Positions 23,068 through 32,270 of a stretch of 64,000 bases of DNA are shown in pieces (positions within the stretch are counted from its first letter, which is position 1; every line of letters starts with the position of its first letter). The notes beneath the pieces are model-generated. The model did not search any database, was not told the origin of the DNA, and saw nothing but the letters and a program-made list of their open reading frames with translations. A program made the translations under genes and the position numbers. Source of the stretch: Synergistaceae bacterium. Lineage in GTDB: Bacteria > Synergistota > Synergistia > Synergistales > Aminobacteriaceae. The stretch is from NCBI GenBank assembly GCA_017445405.1, contig JAFSUD010000065.1, positions 28,404 through 92,403 on the forward strand, in the 5' to 3' direction.

Positions 23068-23388
23068 ATGCAGAAAATATTTGTCTCCATGCCGATGCGG
23101 GACTTGTTCGAGGACGAGATACGCAGTCGGCAGGAGACCCTGCTCAAAAAGGTTGGAGAGTATCTAGGCAAGCCCGTGATGCTTGTAGAGACATTCATAA
23201 ACGACGGGAAGCTGACAGCTCTTGAGTGCTTAGGTGAGCTCATAAAAAGGATGGCCGGAGCAGACTGGGTATTGTTTGCGTCCGGCTGGGAAACGGCGCG
23301 CGGGTGCAAGATAGAGATGGCCTGCGCATTGCAGTATAACAAAAAAATTCTATTAGAGAATGGAAGTATAATTCAGGAGGTTAATTAA
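23068..23388 (+). CDS. DUF4406 / nucleoside 2-deoxyribosyltransferase-like protein (106 aa)
   Basis: Start moved to MQKIFVSMPM. ADWVLFASGWETARGCKIEMACALQYNKKI matches the DUF4406 C-terminal pattern. Confidence 0.65.
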   Translation: MQKIFVSMPMRDLFEDEIRSRQETLLKKVGEYLGKPVMLVETFINDGKLTALECLGELIKRMAGADWVLFASGWETARGCKIEMACALQYNKKILLENGSIIQEVN

Positions 23389-24285
23389 ATGGCAAGTAAT
23401 ACTTACGCAGCAGTAGGAAACAAGGAAGATGTAAGCGACATCATAACGAACATAGCTCCGTATGATACGCCGCTGTACTCGAGGATAGGAAAGACGAGGG
23501 CAACACAGGTACTTCATGAATGGCTTGAAGATGAGTTAGGACAGCCTGTAGTGAACCAGCAGGATGAAGGCTACACTTACTTCACGCTGAATGTAGTACC
23601 GCGCACGAGACTGCACAACTACACGCAGATAATGCACAGGGGTATTCAGGTAACGGACAGCCAGGAGGCAGTACTTCATTATGGTATACGTTCAGAAATG
23701 GCGTACCAGATGGCAAAGACGCTCAAGGAGCTGGCGTTCGACTGTGAAAAGGCACTGATAGAGCAGGCTACCCAGTCTCCAGGTGCTATGGGTTCACCTA
23801 GAATATTCGGAGGCCTGCCGTTCTGGATAGTAACGAACGTGTTTGCTAACGGCGGCACTCCGAGACCTCTTACGTTCGACCTTGTAAACACTGCATTAGA
23901 GCAGACATGGACAGCCGGAGGAAAGCCCAGCATTCTGCTTGTCTCGCCGCGCAACAAGAGGGTAATCTCAACATTCACAGCCGGAAATACGAAGTACATG
24001 GACGGGAATAAGACGAACAAGCTGACGCAGATGATTAGCGTACTTGAGACAGATTTCGGAACGCTCCAGTGCATAACGGACAGGTTCATGCCTACAGATA
24101 ACAGAGAGATTTACGGCCTCAGCCCCGAATACATGAAGAAGGCGTTTCTGAGGAACTTCAAGACGGGCGACATTCCGAAGATAAACGACATGCAGCGCAG
24201 GATGATAAATGGAGAATGGACGCTTGAGATGAGAGCTGAGAAAGCACACTTCGTGATTAAGGACCTCGACGGTGTAGTGTATTAG
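23389..24285 (+). CDS. Major capsid protein (SU10/DUF5309-type HK97 fold)
   Basis: NKEDVSDIITNIAPYDTPLYSRIGKTRATQVLHEWLEDEL matches the DUF5309 N-terminal signature. Size and position fit. Confidence 0.85.
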   Translation: MASNTYAAVGNKEDVSDIITNIAPYDTPLYSRIGKTRATQVLHEWLEDELGQPVVNQQDEGYTYFTLNVVPRTRLHNYTQIMHRGIQVTDSQEAVLHYGIRSEMAYQMAKTLKELAFDCEKALIEQATQSPGAMGSPRIFGGLPFWIVTNVFANGGTPRPLTFDLVNTALEQTWTAGGKPSILLVSPRNKRVISTFTAGNTKYMDGNKTNKLTQMISVLETDFGTLQCITDRFMPTDNREIYGLSPEYMKKAFLRNFKTGDIPKINDMQRRMINGEWTLEMRAEKAHFVIKDLDGVVY

Positions 24286-24295
24286 TAAGCGGCTA

Positions 24296-24601
24296 ATGAT
24301 TTTAGAGCAAGAGCTAGAGGAGCACGGCGGTGAGTATCGGCTCCTTACTCATTTCAACACAGACGACGAGCAAAGGCTGAACTGGGAGATGCTGCAACAT
24401 TCCGGCAAGGGATTTATCCGCGATGAACGGGGAAGTGTCTCTGGCCGTCTGGTAGCGAACATTCCAGTAGAGGAGGCGGCAATGTTAGAGGCAGCATACG
24501 ACCTCGACTACCTGAGCTTCTCGAGAAACAACGACAAAGCGGCGTTCCGTCGTCTGCTGAAGAGATTTCCGCACTGGAAGTGCTGTGAAGGAGGAGTGTA
24601 G
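24296..24601 (+). CDS. Hypothetical head protein (101 aa)
   Basis: ORF track. Position after the capsid gene. Confidence 0.6.
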   Translation: MILEQELEEHGGEYRLLTHFNTDDEQRLNWEMLQHSGKGFIRDERGSVSGRLVANIPVEEAAMLEAAYDLDYLSFSRNNDKAAFRRLLKRFPHWKCCEGGV

Positions 24602-24604
24602 GCT

Positions 24605-25168
24605 ATGGCAATACCGGTGGTAAGGCTGGTAAAGTCCCTGCGGTACGCGTTGAAGGACATGCAGGGCATCAAGTATTCGGACTATGAGCTAGTAGAGAGT
24701 ATAAATCAGGCGGCCTCTCTCCTCTACGGCCGTCTGAGTGAACGATATGTGTACGCGGCGCAGAAGAAGGCGGTGCTGAACATACCCTCAACAGGGTATG
24801 CACCGTTGCCGAATGACTTTGTGCGGATTCATCAGATAGTGGGAGATGACGGAGAGCTTATTCCGACAACGAAGCTTCCAGCAGTCGAAGGGACGTACAG
24901 GATAATCAACGACACGATATACGCAACGCCCGCGATGTACAGCTTGGAGTACTACTATGTGCCGAACCGAGTAAGGGACTTGGGCGACAACCTCGATGTG
25001 CCTTTGTCAATGGAGGCATACATCCAGCAGATAAGCCTAGCGATGTTTGGTAACAACCCTGCGCTGGCAGAACAGATAGTACAGCAGTGCAGCCAGACAC
25101 TGGCAGTTCGTGAGCTGTCGCACTTCACGGATGCCGGGCCTGTACAGGTACTCGGAGGGAAGATATGA
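24605..25168 (+). CDS. Head-tail connector/adaptor candidate (187 aa)
   Basis: ORF track. Called by position only. Confidence 0.6.
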   Translation: MAIPVVRLVKSLRYALKDMQGIKYSDYELVESINQAASLLYGRLSERYVYAAQKKAVLNIPSTGYAPLPNDFVRIHQIVGDDGELIPTTKLPAVEGTYRIINDTIYATPAMYSLEYYYVPNRVRDLGDNLDVPLSMEAYIQQISLAMFGNNPALAEQIVQQCSQTLAVRELSHFTDAGPVQVLGGKI

Positions 25169-25674
25169 CACCTGCTCAGATGGTAGCAATGGTGAGGCGT
25201 TTCATAAGCGACGAACAGGCGACAGGTTTCTCAACTGGCGGGAATATGGAACAGCCTGAAGGAACGCAGGAACTGTTGACGTACCTAGATAGGGCGGTAG
25301 ATGACTACTCGAAGCGTCAGGCCGCACTTGGTGATGTACGTCTGTTGAAGACGATAACCGGCTCAAGCGGGACAATGCTGCCGCCGGATTTTTTGATGCT
25401 GTGCGGGACAGTGCCCGTGAGTGTAGAAGGTAGAGTGCTGCGGTACTATGACGATGAAGGAACAATGCCCTATATGCCGGTTCGATACTTTGCGCGTTTG
25501 CCGTACGTAACAGACTACGGCGACACACAGAATATCCCGTACCAGCGCGACCAAGAGATGAGTATCTGTGCATTGGCGGCAATCTATGCACTGAACAAGC
25601 ATGAGTTCAACGTGTCGCAGGATTTGATGCTTTTGGGATATGGGGCGGTGAACAATGCCAACGCTGAGCAGTAA
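25165..25674 (+). CDS. Head-tail joining candidate (169 aa)
   Basis: ORF track. ATGA overlap with the upstream gene. Confidence 0.6.
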   Translation: MTPAQMVAMVRRFISDEQATGFSTGGNMEQPEGTQELLTYLDRAVDDYSKRQAALGDVRLLKTITGSSGTMLPPDFLMLCGTVPVSVEGRVLRYYDDEGTMPYMPVRYFARLPYVTDYGDTQNIPYQRDQEMSICALAAIYALNKHEFNVSQDLMLLGYGAVNNANAEQ

Positions 25675-27202
25675 GCATCCCAACGCGCGCAGAGAGTTTT
25701 ACCCAAGCTTCGACGGAGGCGTGAACTTGGCCGTACCCGCCGAGAGCATGGCAAAGAATGAGCTGAAAGAAGCCATGAACGTAGAGTTCTCACCGCTGAC
25801 AGGAAGCATGAAGGTACGCGGAGGGCTTGTGTGGTCAGGACGCTTCGGCAGTAAGACGGGCGATGTAGTGCCTGTGTACGGACGCAGAGGATTTCTGGTG
25901 AACGAGCAAAACACGCCTTCACTGCGCTACTTCAAGTGGAACAATGTCTGGCCAGTTGCACAAAGCGGGGTATCATGGCTGACGGACTGGGACGAGAAGA
26001 TGTCGATAGCCTCGTGGGAGGAAAAAGTAGACGATGGGGATGACGCAGAAGAGAGAGACTGCTGGCTATTATCAGCTGGAGGTTCTCTTCAGAAATTCAC
26101 TGAGAGCCCAATACCAACCTTGAAGACAATAACGTCTGCACCAGAGAATTGCCGCCTAGTGTTCGTGAGGAACGGACGAGTAGGAGTAGTGGACGGGACA
26201 GACAGAATAACTTTCTCAGCGGTTGGAGACTGCGAGAACTGGACGACGGACGATAACGATACAAGTAGTGCGCAGTGGATAGACATCGGGTATAAGGACG
26301 GGATGGACATCACAGCAGTAATCCCGCTCTCGAAAGACCTGATAATCTTCAAGAACCCGCCAGGTGAACCCGACAAGGGCATAATCTGGAGGCTCACAGG
26401 AGACTATCCCGACTGGCAGGCAGTAGAGGTAGCGCACAACACAGGAACATTCAGCCAGCAGAGCGTGTGTGCAGTCGGCAATGACATATTCTATGCGACA
26501 GTGGCAGGCATCGCGACACTCTCGACGGTAACGAACTACGGCGAGGTCAAGACAGCATGGCCAGACAGGAAGGTAAACAATGCCTTAACTCCATTGCTGA
26601 CGGATACGGCAAAGCTGTTTGACGTGCCGGTGAAGCAACAGCTGTGGATAATGCCAAGCGCAGACAGCAAAGAAGTGTGGGTGTTCGACTATGCGCACGG
26701 TATCTGGACGACGTTCAAGTTCCCCGAGCCCGTGATTTACGCGGCAGGAGTGGATAACAGCCTGTATGTGTTCATGGGGCGCAACCTGTACGAACTGAGC
26801 GATGGCTACACGCAGGATGAAGTAGAGTACGGGAGCACTGGTACGCTGTGGAAGAGTACGATAGAGGCGCGGATGAAGCTGGGCACTGTGCTGAGCGGGA
26901 TGCAAACGCTGATTAAAGGAGTGTTCGCGTCGTTCGAGCTGATGCCGCAGTGCGACGCTGAGCTGTGGCTGGGGAAGTTCAAAATGCCGTTCAGCTATGG
27001 AGGAGACGTAGAGCTTATCTACGACCCGCCGAACGATACGCAGTACGCCTGCGAAGATGATGACCCGCTAGTGCCGACCGGCGGAGTGTTGACTTCGCGG
27101 CGCAGGTGCATAGTGAGGGAGTGGGCAATAACGCCTGAGATAAAGATACGCGGCGGAGGCTGTGCAGTGTCAACGCTCGGGCTAGAAGTAGCGGAGGTGT
27201 AA
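25655..27202 (+). CDS. Virion structural protein, tail hub/nozzle candidate (515 aa)
   Basis: ORF track. Repetitive beta-rich sequence lying between the connector genes and the first fibre gene. Confidence 0.65.
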   Translation: MPTLSSKHPNARREFYPSFDGGVNLAVPAESMAKNELKEAMNVEFSPLTGSMKVRGGLVWSGRFGSKTGDVVPVYGRRGFLVNEQNTPSLRYFKWNNVWPVAQSGVSWLTDWDEKMSIASWEEKVDDGDDAEERDCWLLSAGGSLQKFTESPIPTLKTITSAPENCRLVFVRNGRVGVVDGTDRITFSAVGDCENWTTDDNDTSSAQWIDIGYKDGMDITAVIPLSKDLIIFKNPPGEPDKGIIWRLTGDYPDWQAVEVAHNTGTFSQQSVCAVGNDIFYATVAGIATLSTVTNYGEVKTAWPDRKVNNALTPLLTDTAKLFDVPVKQQLWIMPSADSKEVWVFDYAHGIWTTFKFPEPVIYAAGVDNSLYVFMGRNLYELSDGYTQDEVEYGSTGTLWKSTIEARMKLGTVLSGMQTLIKGVFASFELMPQCDAELWLGKFKMPFSYGGDVELIYDPPNDTQYACEDDDPLVPTGGVLTSRRRCIVREWAITPEIKIRGGGCAVSTLGLEVAEV

Positions 27203-27205
27203 GCA

Positions 27206-27898
27206 ATGCCAATATTAGGGCCGTTCGATGTGGGATACCCAGTGGACTTTAGGAGCGGCGGAGATACGACAAGGGACGCATTCGGGAAGCATATCCAAGA
27301 GATAAAGAGGATATACGGCTGCCTTAACGCTTTGGACGCAGGGAAAGTAAGTGCAGAAGAGGTGGCAGGAGGAATAGGTAGCATAAGCAACGACCTCCTG
27401 AACCACATAAACAGTACGAACCCGCACCCGAACTGGAAGCCGAGCTGGTCAGACATAAGGAACAAGCCGAACCTTTCCGACTTGAGCGGTAATCTTGATG
27501 CATCAAGGATAACTGGGCTCACTAGCTTGATAGACGGGAAAATCCCAGAACCAAGCGGAGACGGAATAACGTCAGGCAGTTACGAAGAGAATGGGTACGT
27601 GAAGTTCAAAAGCGGGCTGATAGTAGAGTGGGGAAATCATTATGTAGACACGAAGTCAGATAACAAAGAATATGTAGTAGATTTTCCACTTAGTTTCCCC
27701 AATAGATGCCTAAATGTAACGTTGTCAACGCAGGTAGATAAGTTCTCAGGAGTAGCGGATGCGTGGGCTGAATTAATTAAAGAGGCAATATCGTCGACAT
27801 CATTCAAGTATTTTTTGCAGTACACAACAGAGGCCTATAACGGAATGAGCAACTTTACAGGCAATATAGGAGTTTCATACATAGCGATGGGAGTGTGA
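27206..27898 (+). CDS. Tail fibre protein with gp53-like C-terminal domain
   Basis: NGYVKFKSGLIVEWGNHYV...VDFPLSFPNRCLNV matches the common fibre-tip pattern (nG..k..nGli.qWG...v.FP..Fpn.c). Confidence 0.75.
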   Translation: MPILGPFDVGYPVDFRSGGDTTRDAFGKHIQEIKRIYGCLNALDAGKVSAEEVAGGIGSISNDLLNHINSTNPHPNWKPSWSDIRNKPNLSDLSGNLDASRITGLTSLIDGKIPEPSGDGITSGSYEENGYVKFKSGLIVEWGNHYVDTKSDNKEYVVDFPLSFPNRCLNVTLSTQVDKFSGVADAWAELIKEAISSTSFKYFLQYTTEAYNGMSNFTGNIGVSYIAMGV

Positions 27899-27902
27899 GG
27901 AA

Positions 27903-28322
27903 ATGCCGACATACAGGAACAACACAGACACAGCAATAAATTATTCGAGCAACGGGAAGCTGTACAGTTTTCCGCCGAAGACAGATTACCCGTGCAATTT
28001 TTGGGTGCCGTATCAGGAACTCGGGCTGAAGCTAGTGAACCCAGACTATCCGCCCGTACCGAACAGCATAATGCTGAGCGGGACGTTCAAGTTCGCGAAG
28101 GGAGTAGAGCGGAGGTTCAACTTCGAGCACTGCGGGAAGTACCGCGTGAAAGTGCGAGTGAAGAGCGGAGCTGTAAGGCTGTTCACGGGCAGTTCAAGGA
28201 CAGGCGCGGAGATAGATGGAGAATACGAGGCAGTATTCGACTGGGAGAAAGCACCGCATATCAGGGTAACAGGCATAGAGGGCGAGAATGAAATACGGAT
28301 AGACGCAGAGGCCGTAGACTGA
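27903..28322 (+). CDS. Hypothetical tail-module protein (139 aa)
   Basis: ORF track. Confidence 0.6.
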   Translation: MPTYRNNTDTAINYSSNGKLYSFPPKTDYPCNFWVPYQELGLKLVNPDYPPVPNSIMLSGTFKFAKGVERRFNFEHCGKYRVKVRVKSGAVRLFTGSSRTGAEIDGEYEAVFDWEKAPHIRVTGIEGENEIRIDAEAVD

Positions 28323-28702
28323 TGCCAACGCCGTACAGTGAACTAGTCGAAGAGTTCTTCATGCGTTACGAGTACCCGAGCGTGGAGGAACTGACAGTAG
28401 GCTTCAGCGACATCGACCCTCCGCTGAAGAATGACAACGCCACGATGAACCATGAGGAGCTGGAGAACCTGATGGGCGGGGACGAAGACGGGCATTACCA
28501 CTTGACGCGGGACTTGTGGCTCAAAGTGATAGAGCTGCTAAACAGGAAGGACTACGACGGCGGGTATGCGTCAACAAGAGAGACAGAGTACTTGGAGAAC
28601 GAAGACGAGTGGTTTGATGGAGGGTACGCCACGACAACAGACGAGGAGTACCTAGAGAGTGAAGACAACTGGCGGGACGGAGGCGAGGCGGACAATGATT
28701 GA
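28322..28702 (+). CDS. Short adaptor-motif protein (126 aa)
   Basis: LTVGFSDIDPP plus NHEELENLMGGDEDGHYHLT (motif family 1). Confidence 0.65.
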   Translation: MPTPYSELVEEFFMRYEYPSVEELTVGFSDIDPPLKNDNATMNHEELENLMGGDEDGHYHLTRDLWLKVIELLNRKDYDGGYASTRETEYLENEDEWFDGGYATTTDEEYLESEDNWRDGGEADND

Positions 28703-28844
28703 GCGCGGGATAGCCGACAGGTTCTGCATATGCTGGTGGGACGGAGACGGCGAAGACTGGGTGCAACAGCTGGCTAGTCTCATCGGCTGGCCTGTAGTAA
28801 TAGAAACAGATAACATAGAAGTATGGGATGCGGGAGGAGCTTAG
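28695..28844 (+). CDS. Possible small protein (49 aa)
   Basis: Internal ATG of track ORF 28659-28844, overlapping the upstream stop by 8 nt. Weak support. Confidence 0.3.
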   Translation: MIERGIADRFCICWWDGDGEDWVQQLASLIGWPVVIETDNIEVWDAGGA

Positions 28845-28848
28845 AGAC

Positions 28849-29643
28849 ATGCCAACATACATCAAGATAAAGATACGTAGGGACAGCACAGAGAACTGGG
28901 AGAGCGTGAACCCCGTGCTGGACATGGGAGAACTTGGCGCGGATATGACCAAGCATGGCCTGAAGGTGGGCAACGGGTTATCCAACTGGACAGAGCTGCC
29001 GTTCTGCAGTCCCGAGATAGTGAATGACCTAGTAACGGGCGGAGCTACTTCAGCTCTCAGCGCAGAGATGGGTGTGGAGCTGAAACAGTTAGTGGATAGC
29101 AAGCCTGATGCAACGACAGTCAATACTCTGATTCAGAGTAGCAAAGTAACAGTAGAAGACCAGAACTGGAGCAGCACCAGTACGACAAATGCATTGAGTG
29201 CAAACAGCGGGCGTGTGTTGAAGAACCTATTAAACGGCAAAGCAGACCAGTCAGCATTGAACAGCTTGCAGACGCAGGTGAATAACATTATTACGTCTGG
29301 AGGGACAACCGTAGTAGACAGCCTGACTAGCACAAGTCCGACAAGTGCTCTGAGCGCAAATCAGGGACGGGTGTTGAAGGACTTAGTGGATGCCGTCAGT
29401 AACCAAGTAACGAACCTCAACAACCAAGTGAACGGCTTGGGAATGTTCGGGATGGGGTATACGATAAACAGCTGGAACGCATACGACAAGCCGACGAAAA
29501 TAACCTTTGAGGATGGGGTAACGGCAACATTGACATGGACGGGACAGTTCCTTCAGAGGATAACGGCGAGTACGGGCGAGGTAATGACGCTGAACTATGA
29601 CGGGAACGGCAGGATAACCGGCAGGACAATAACGAGGAGCTGA
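28849..29643 (+). CDS. Tail fibre protein with Mtd-N-like N-terminus (264 aa)
   Basis: GGGAGGAG RBS. IKIRRDSTENW...LDMGELGADMTKHGLKVGNGLSNWTELP (motif family 2), then GGATSALSAEMGVELKQLV and repeated SALSANxGRVLK units. Confidence 0.75.
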   Translation: MPTYIKIKIRRDSTENWESVNPVLDMGELGADMTKHGLKVGNGLSNWTELPFCSPEIVNDLVTGGATSALSAEMGVELKQLVDSKPDATTVNTLIQSSKVTVEDQNWSSTSTTNALSANSGRVLKNLLNGKADQSALNSLQTQVNNIITSGGTTVVDSLTSTSPTSALSANQGRVLKDLVDAVSNQVTNLNNQVNGLGMFGMGYTINSWNAYDKPTKITFEDGVTATLTWTGQFLQRITASTGEVMTLNYDGNGRITGRTITRS

Positions 29644-29650
29644 TGGGCAG

Positions 29651-30379
29651 ATGGCGGATGTTATCTTTAAGGTGCGGGGGAAGACGGCGGAGGAGTGGGA
29701 GGCATTCCCCTTCGCCCCCGTAACCAACGAAATAACGTTAGACAAGACGAGCGGGCGCATCAAGATAGGGGACGGTGTGAGCGCGTGGAAAGACCTCCCG
29801 TTCGTGAAGCCGGAAGTTATAGATGACCTAACGACTGGCGGGAGCTATGACGCACTGAGTGCGGAACAGGGCAAGAGGCTGAAGCTGTTAGTGGACAAGA
29901 AGGCTGAGCAGACTGCGCTTAATACACTGGTGCAAACAGTCAATAACAACTACTCCACGCTCGATAATCGCATAACGAATGTTCAGAACAGCCTTACCAC
30001 ATTAATTAACAACAAACCCAGCACGACCGCCACAATCTCCATAGGAAAAGTAACGACACTTGCTGCGGGTAAAAGAGCGACAGTAACGAACAGCGGAACA
30101 GATACCAATGTAGTTCTTGACTTCGGCATCCCGCGCGGAGCAATGGGAGCAACTGGATCAACGGGTGATAGAGGACCGCAGGGAGTAAAGGGTGATAAAG
30201 GCGATAAAGGAGACAGCGTAACCGTCCTGAACAGCTGGAGCACCAGCACAACAGCGGCTTTGAGTGCGGCGAAAGGTAAGGAACTGAATGACAAGTTGTC
30301 AGCATATTCTACGGAGAACTGGACATTCACGCTGACTGGCGGAAGTACGGTAACAAAGAAAGTAGTGTTGAGTTCATGA
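29651..30379 (+). CDS. Tail fibre protein with Mtd-N-like N-terminus and collagen-like triplets
   Basis: FKVRGKTAEEW...IKIGDGVSAWKDLP. G-X-Y run GAMGATGSTGDRGPQGVKGDKGDKGDS. Confidence 0.8.
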   Translation: MADVIFKVRGKTAEEWEAFPFAPVTNEITLDKTSGRIKIGDGVSAWKDLPFVKPEVIDDLTTGGSYDALSAEQGKRLKLLVDKKAEQTALNTLVQTVNNNYSTLDNRITNVQNSLTTLINNKPSTTATISIGKVTTLAAGKRATVTNSGTDTNVVLDFGIPRGAMGATGSTGDRGPQGVKGDKGDKGDSVTVLNSWSTSTTAALSAAKGKELNDKLSAYSTENWTFTLTGGSTVTKKVVLSS

Positions 30380-31170
30380 CTGTAGCTTTTGCAAATGTTA
30401 CTGCTGTTAGGATACCGCAGGGAGAAGTTGTGAAGATAGCGGAGACTTCCGGCGGGCGTGTGCTTTGGCAGAAGCAAACTGCAGAAACAGGCTATCCGCG
30501 TTTCTTTATGCTCGCAGAAACTACTTTAGGCAAGTGGTCAACAGATTTCCGTAAGTATAATGCTCCGAGTTACACTTCGTATGACCCTCCGTCCGGCATC
30601 ATAAAGACACGGAGCTTAGGTATAAATTCGGTGCTCTTAACACCAACAGGAGCTATCCAGACAACTACAGTGCTATCAACGGGCAACAAATTTACAGCAT
30701 GTTATGTTACCGGCTCATCAGATGAAACAAATATCCCGACAACAGCCAGGAAGCTGACGGATGCAAGATGGGGAGTTACTAAACTTCGGTTAAGGGCATG
30801 TACTCAAGGACGAGCGTATGTCGGTCAGGGGCTTGATATGAGCAGCAGTGTTGGTATAGATTTGCCTACCAGCCAGACACCGATAAAATTCTCAGGGACG
30901 AGCGGGGCTTCAATAAGCATAACGAGCATAACAGCACCTGCTTCATATAGCAGTATATACGAAAGTTATTCAGGGGACAGCCGTTACGTGAACAAAACGA
31001 CAGCACCTTATTTGCTAGGAGAGTTCGTTTTGGGATATACCTCAGCAAGTTTAGAAACTCTTGCAGGTGGAATGTCCTCAACATATAGCGGTTACGCGAG
31101 CCAATCTATATTCTATGGTTTCCCAGACTACAGCCCAACTATAACATTTTTCTTCGTAATCCAGAGATAA
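30376..31170 (+). CDS. Hypothetical fibre-associated protein (264 aa)
   Basis: ORF track. ATGA overlap with the upstream gene. Visibly lower GC than its neighbours. Confidence 0.6.
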   Translation: MTVAFANVTAVRIPQGEVVKIAETSGGRVLWQKQTAETGYPRFFMLAETTLGKWSTDFRKYNAPSYTSYDPPSGIIKTRSLGINSVLLTPTGAIQTTTVLSTGNKFTACYVTGSSDETNIPTTARKLTDARWGVTKLRLRACTQGRAYVGQGLDMSSSVGIDLPTSQTPIKFSGTSGASISITSITAPASYSSIYESYSGDSRYVNKTTAPYLLGEFVLGYTSASLETLAGGMSSTYSGYASQSIFYGFPDYSPTITFFFVIQR

Positions 31171-31191
31171 TCAAAGGAGATGTAAACAACA

Positions 31192-31647
31192 ATGTACTAT
31201 GTAAATTACGATGAAGACACAGGAGAAATTTTAGGGATATACCCATCAAGCGAGAGCTACGATGATGTTCCTTATCCGAAGATAACCATAACAGACGAAG
31301 AATACGAGAGGCTCGGCAGCGGAGAATGGACAGTCAGAGATAACGCCCTCCAGCTTGTCTCCGAAGAGCCCACCCCAAGCGCAGGGAGCGTCGAGGTGCT
31401 GCAAACCGAGTATGCGGAGAAGTTCGCACGTTTGAGAAACTCCTATACTGGAGCAGAAATCATGGGAGACAGAACCAACACGGCGGACATTCAGAGGGAC
31501 TACAGACTGCTAATAGACGACTTCAAGGCAGCTTTAGCCGCACTAGATGACGGCCAGCCCTACGAGGGAGGAGCGCACGAACACTGCGAGATTTGCGGTG
31601 CAAGACTGAATGCTGGCGAATGCCTACGCTGCCACTGGAGGCTGTAA
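31192..31647 (+). CDS. Tail-fibre assembly/chaperone-like protein (151 aa)
   Basis: MYYVNYDEDTGEILGIY... N-terminus is typical of Tfa-like proteins. C-terminal CxxC...CxxC. Tentative. Confidence 0.5.
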   Translation: MYYVNYDEDTGEILGIYPSSESYDDVPYPKITITDEEYERLGSGEWTVRDNALQLVSEEPTPSAGSVEVLQTEYAEKFARLRNSYTGAEIMGDRTNTADIQRDYRLLIDDFKAALAALDDGQPYEGGAHEHCEICGARLNAGECLRCHWRL

Positions 31648-31653
31648 GATGAC

Positions 31654-31959
31654 ATGCTGGAACGTTTTGAGGAGTTCTACAAGCACTACGAGCGTCCCGA
31701 AATTGAGGAGCTGACGGTAGGCTTCAGCGGAATTGACCCGCCGGAGAAGACTGGCACAAATGACCACGAAGAGCTAGAGAACCTTCTAGGTGGCGACGCT
31801 ATGGGGCACTATCACCTGACAGGCTCTCAGCTAGAGAAGCTCGCCGCAATGTTCAGAGAGAGTTACCCGCCATACATAACTACCAGACAAATAACAGTAA
31901 CAGCCGACGAACCAATGACCCCGTATACGATAACGGGGGAGAACACGACACTAAGTTAG
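31654..31959 (+). CDS. Short adaptor-motif protein (101 aa)
   Basis: LTVGFSGIDPP plus DHEELENLLGGDAMGHYHLT. Ends MTPYTITGENTTLS, then TAG. Confidence 0.65.
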   Translation: MLERFEEFYKHYERPEIEELTVGFSGIDPPEKTGTNDHEELENLLGGDAMGHYHLTGSQLEKLAAMFRESYPPYITTRQITVTADEPMTPYTITGENTTLS

Positions 31960-31971
31960 AGGAGCGATAAG

Positions 31972-32268
31972 ATGCCCAAGAATATAACGAGCGTAACATG
32001 GAGCGCAACAGGACTGCCGAGCGCGCTGACCATCAACAGTGCCACAGGAGTAATAAGCGGCACACCGAACGTCCAGCCTGGAGACTATACCGCTTCAGTA
32101 ACGGTAACGACGAATTACGGGACGGACACGAAGCCTGTAACAGTCAGAGTAGGTATACCTGCAGCTTGGTTGCCGCAGATTGACCCTAATCAGATAGTGA
32201 ACACCATAGCAGGCGATGTAATGACCCCCTACACCGTAACCGGCCAGAATGTAACGCTTGGAGGCTAG
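31972..32268 (+). CDS. He_PIG-like (putative Ig) domain protein (98 aa)
   Basis: WSATGLPSALTINSATGVISGTPNVQPGDYTASVTVTTNYG. Same frame as 31654-31959, separated by one TAG plus 4 sense codons. Confidence 0.65.
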   Translation: MPKNITSVTWSATGLPSALTINSATGVISGTPNVQPGDYTASVTVTTNYGTDTKPVTVRVGIPAAWLPQIDPNQIVNTIAGDVMTPYTVTGQNVTLGG

Positions 32269-32270
32269 AG

